NCBI GenBank assembly: GCA_965140415.1
Contig: OZ223209.1
Coordinates: 3,200,001-3,264,000, forward strand
Direction: 5' to 3'
Origin: Myxococcota bacterium
Lineage (GTDB): Bacteria > Myxococcota_A > SURF-8
DNA length: 64,000 bases
Shown here: piece by piece, positions 62,001-64,000 of the stretch
How the letters are laid out: each line of letters opens with the position of its first letter
Numbering within the stretch: the first letter of the stretch is position 1
Program-made: the position numbers and the translations under genes
The notes under the pieces: generated by a model
Told to the model about the DNA's origin: nothing
What the model saw: only the letters and a program-made list of their open reading frames with translations
The model's database searches: none

Positions 62001-63253
62001 AATGCAGCAATGGAAGGCGTATTGGCGGGAACGCGCTGGACGATGAGTTCTGCCAGTCCATCATTATCCAGATCCTCTATGCCATGCAGATAGACATTGG
62101 CAAGCGTGGCCTGCACAGCACCATCCGAGGCATCGTATACCGCTAACGTCCACTGATCGGCAACGGAAATGCCATCGTAATCACCGGCAACGGAGCCCGG
62201 CGTTGAATACTCGTTATCCGTGTTATTATATACACTTAGCGCGACATCCACCTGACCGTCACCATTTAAATCGCTTACACTGTTTTCTGCAATGGCAATT
62301 CCCTTTCCCGCTGTTGGGAACCATTGATAGGACCAGGAAACTTCTTTTTTTACGGCGTCGTAAACCAGAACGCCGTAATCCGTGTGGAAGCGGCTTAACG
62401 CTACGATTTCATTCTGCGGGTCATCGTCCACATTCACGATCTGGCTTATCCCCTGAAAATAAGACTGGAAAACAGGAGGTACAATGGTCTGTTCGGTGCC
62501 GTCTTCGCCATTTAGAATCGTGATCTGCGCCGCTTCCCAGAAGACGACCTCCGCGCTGCCGTCGTTGTCCACATCCCCGATGACATAGGCACTGGCATCC
62601 GTGTAGGTTTGGTGCTGGTAGTGCCACAGCTCGTTCAGTTCGGCAGGAGTTTGAAATCCATCCCGAAAGGAAAATGCATGTGTGTACTCGTAGAAACTAC
62701 GCGGTTTGGTGACGAGATCCGGGTAGCCGTCGCCATCGAGATCGCCGACTCTGGCCTGAAATGGTACACTTTTACTGGCACCACTGCCAAAAGCATCGTA
62801 ATACCAAAGAGTTTCACCCGTTTTGCCATTCAGGATCACAACCGCAGCAGGCACATTGGCGCGCAACACGAGCAAGTCCTGTTCACCGTTGCGATCGAAA
62901 TCCCATGCGCCGATGATATAGCTGGCATTCAAGGCGTCGGAAAACCACAGCGTCTGTCCTTGCGGCGTCTTCAGTGCGACCTTGCCACCTACGATCATCG
63001 CAATATCTTTACGGCCATCCCCAGTCAAATCACCGATATAGCTACGAGTTGCGGAAAGACTTCCGCCCAGATAGTAGCTCCATTTCACGGTCGGATGCGT
63101 AATTCCGCCCTGCCCTTGTGACCTTCCCGTAAAACCGGGATCGTGCCGAAAAGTGGGCCAGTCCAGGCTCTGAGAAAAGCCGGGAACGGAAAAGAGAAGA
63201 ACCCAAACGAAGAACAGGGACTTCCCCCAGCTCAGTTTGCTGTTCCGAAACAT
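59096..63253 (-). CDS. Large FG-GAP/VCBS-repeat surface protein with FlgD-like and Ig-like domains, acidic linker and C-terminal sorting tail
   Basis: Signal peptide, WPTFRHD..TG, many D.(D/N)GDG repeats, WTGRD..LPDGMY, DGAGN, GCQ..TM..RHRR. Confidence 0.85.
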   Translation of the reverse strand: MFRNSKLSWGKSLFFVWVLLFSVPGFSQSLDWPTFRHDPGFTGRSQGQGGITHPTVKWSYYLGGSLSATRSYIGDLTGDGRKDIAMIVGGKVALKTPQGQTLWFSDALNASYIIGAWDFDRNGEQDLLVLRANVPAAVVILNGKTGETLWYYDAFGSGASKSVPFQARVGDLDGDGYPDLVTKPRSFYEYTHAFSFRDGFQTPAELNELWHYQHQTYTDASAYVIGDVDNDGSAEVVFWEAAQITILNGEDGTEQTIVPPVFQSYFQGISQIVNVDDDPQNEIVALSRFHTDYGVLVYDAVKKEVSWSYQWFPTAGKGIAIAENSVSDLNGDGQVDVALSVYNNTDNEYSTPGSVAGDYDGISVADQWTLAVYDASDGAVQATLANVYLHGIEDLDNDGLAELIVQRVPANTPSIAAFGPIEVYSLVGTTFVFRWSIADAAPFYVRPQDKPDQNVWDYSLQIAAQDVNGDQKQDLYFLLDQNNDGLADHLRAVRSDLASPIVLADWPIPDGESIVLLTLGNELSQPGELSETAIYRSSGYLDILSNTLSQQAHLQGGTFSSSPLVADLDDDGHSELIVTRSSTEFEVLNLSTATALTPPERLWAYRGETAPFSMTIDLNGDGNLEIPAADVLDAVNPKIHLLDEAGEAIWTKEFTGYGSAPQDIAFGDVNLDDVRDAVVTIADTRLPAESDMRLVALDGTDGTEIWNVATSQNYRWVAYRAHLLDITGDGREDVIFHDTYNIEYYNGLDGSLISSVNDTHWLKDNILADFDNDDEQELLIVNFQADKGIQLFELLTESPSFTIPHDYSDEVWERWLALYSHPDGLGFIKSSTMGYLQAFGPDGQADWSGRVWPRNGELGASDPGDGNTLSNLTVCDIDGNGEEDVIFGTDDGFLMAMQLSDQTLLWALPFSVTVSEPVVADVDQDGELEILVATDDGQLHLIDQEDLSAPGEVRDVQLSADYQLVDPSVDIDSTETPDALAASWDDVTGASGYLASVLDDQGNRIVSWVDTGLATDYIVPVSLILNRSYTFQVKAYDDTGRSSLPASSDGVMYMDLTNPVISSFTATPTAFNPLRESTTFHAELEDSSELHEATLNIRDVSNDLQFESSFTLQGKLDQIEQVWTGRDSMSIPLPDGMYTASLSVLDIGDNETTQSLLLYLDTHAPDAPVIEAPTDGAQLTELRPTFSGQTEALSSVTVWMEDQSAALCTVAASASGDFSCVSESDLQQGEQAVVATAMDGAGNTSIPSNVVHFEILAIVDGDLDQESSEGETGDSETPWVDGDIDKPGPVDGDVVEDGDVEFDSESDAVADGDVDGDSIVPGDEEYSSDGDSSSGDNGGPIDPTIPGGCENDMGCQSNPANPPIWMLLFFWMIVFRHRRQMRRRS

Positions 63254-63495
63254 GGTGCATCCTCCGCGATGATGGTTTGCATGGCCGTATAAACAACCGT
63301 AAATACAGGTATTATCATCTAGCGACAGGCGGTTTCCGGACATCCTTGGCGTGGCCAACTCGGTGAGCCGCTGCTACTGATATGGAACGATTTCGAGGCT
63401 CCGATATTTCCAGAAAAAACGACAATGCCACTCCTTTTTTTGTGGCTCAACTCCCACGGCCTGGAAGTGGCTTGTTTTATATTGAGTGTTTTGGG

Positions 63496-63579
63496 TGACG
63501 GGTGCGCGAAACGAAGCTTGCCCATGTGACCCTCGAACACGGGCAAGCCTGCGGCTTAGCCCGCGCCACCCTTCCGTCA
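63496..63579. repeat. REP-like nested palindromic element
   Basis: TGACGG..CCGTCA outer arms; GCTTGCCCATGTG / CACGGGCAAGC; GGGCAAGCC-TGC-GGCTTAGCCC. Confidence 0.55.
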
Positions 63580-63775
63580 TTTGAAAGTATTTTTCGGCTT
63601 ACGCCTCGCCGCTACAAGAAGACATCACGAATAATGAACAATAACCCCTCTAGCCTTACGTGATCGGAGATCGTGGAAGGCTGTGTGTCTTCAATAAGCC
63701 ACGCACGGCCTCCCGGAATTTACATCCCGTGAGACCTTGGCACATCCCGATTACTCGATAGACCGAAAGATCTTC

Positions 63776-64000
63776 TTACTTTTTCCGTTGCTTATCTAAA
63801 GGCGTGACGCAGGTTCCGATGGCTCGGCACACAAGAATGGGTTCATCCAACACATCGCAGGCGCTGTCATGACCGGGAACGGGAGCGATCACTTTTATGG
63901 CGGTAAAGGACATTTTCCGACTGGTCTTGCCTTCTGCGATGATCTCGCCCGATGCCTCGATGTAATCACCGGCATAAACCGGAGCCAGGAATTCAACTTC
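63776..64000 (-). CDS. kal: 3-aminobutyryl-CoA ammonia lyase (hotdog fold), 3' part; not in the ORF track
   Basis: Manual translation [38 protein letters not shown]...[29 protein letters not shown]. Confidence 0.8.
   Translation of the reverse strand, partial: EVEFLAPVYAGDYIEASGEIIAEGKTSRKMSFTAIKVIAPVPGHDSACDVLDEPILVCRAIGTCVTPLDKQRKK

Overview
Bacterial chromosomal window of roughly 50% GC. It probably comes from a deltaproteobacterial or Myxococcota-like lineage, inferred from MYXO-CTERM-like C-terminal tails and overall gene content. Contents in order: (1) a GH57-based glycogen operon with a PAS/GAF kinase and stand-alone receiver inserted between glgA and glgC; (2) a FadL-like channel, a Cys-rich lipoprotein and a lipoprotein hydrolase with a 15x DGDTP tail; (3) a surface-glycosylation cluster with a TMTC-like GT-C and a degenerate half WecB; (4) TPP riboswitch-thi4(His-type)-thiE; (5) a surface-anchored amidase, a ferritin-like protein, fadD, a frameshifted double-FHA gene, metK and an AGCS symporter; (6) TetR-SDR and a miniature Ape-like type II PKS/FAS cassette; (7) an Ogt-AlkA fusion with AlkD, SlyD, an atypical initiator tRNA, a frameshifted nuclease-XPD helicase and an MBL hydrolase; (8) a 1.26 kb non-coding region with a candidate sigma54-driven sRNA and a periodic inverted-repeat element; (9) a compact ethylmalonyl-CoA pathway operon (mcl-mcd-mch-ecm-meaB-ccr) whose CO2-fixing Ccr carries a C-terminal CBS pair; (10) a GH36 lipoprotein, a large FG-GAP surface protein and the 3' end of kal. 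The best leads are the Ccr-CBS fusion with its operon and the structured non-coding region upstream of it. No searches were run: all calls rest on motifs read by eye, so novelty is untested.
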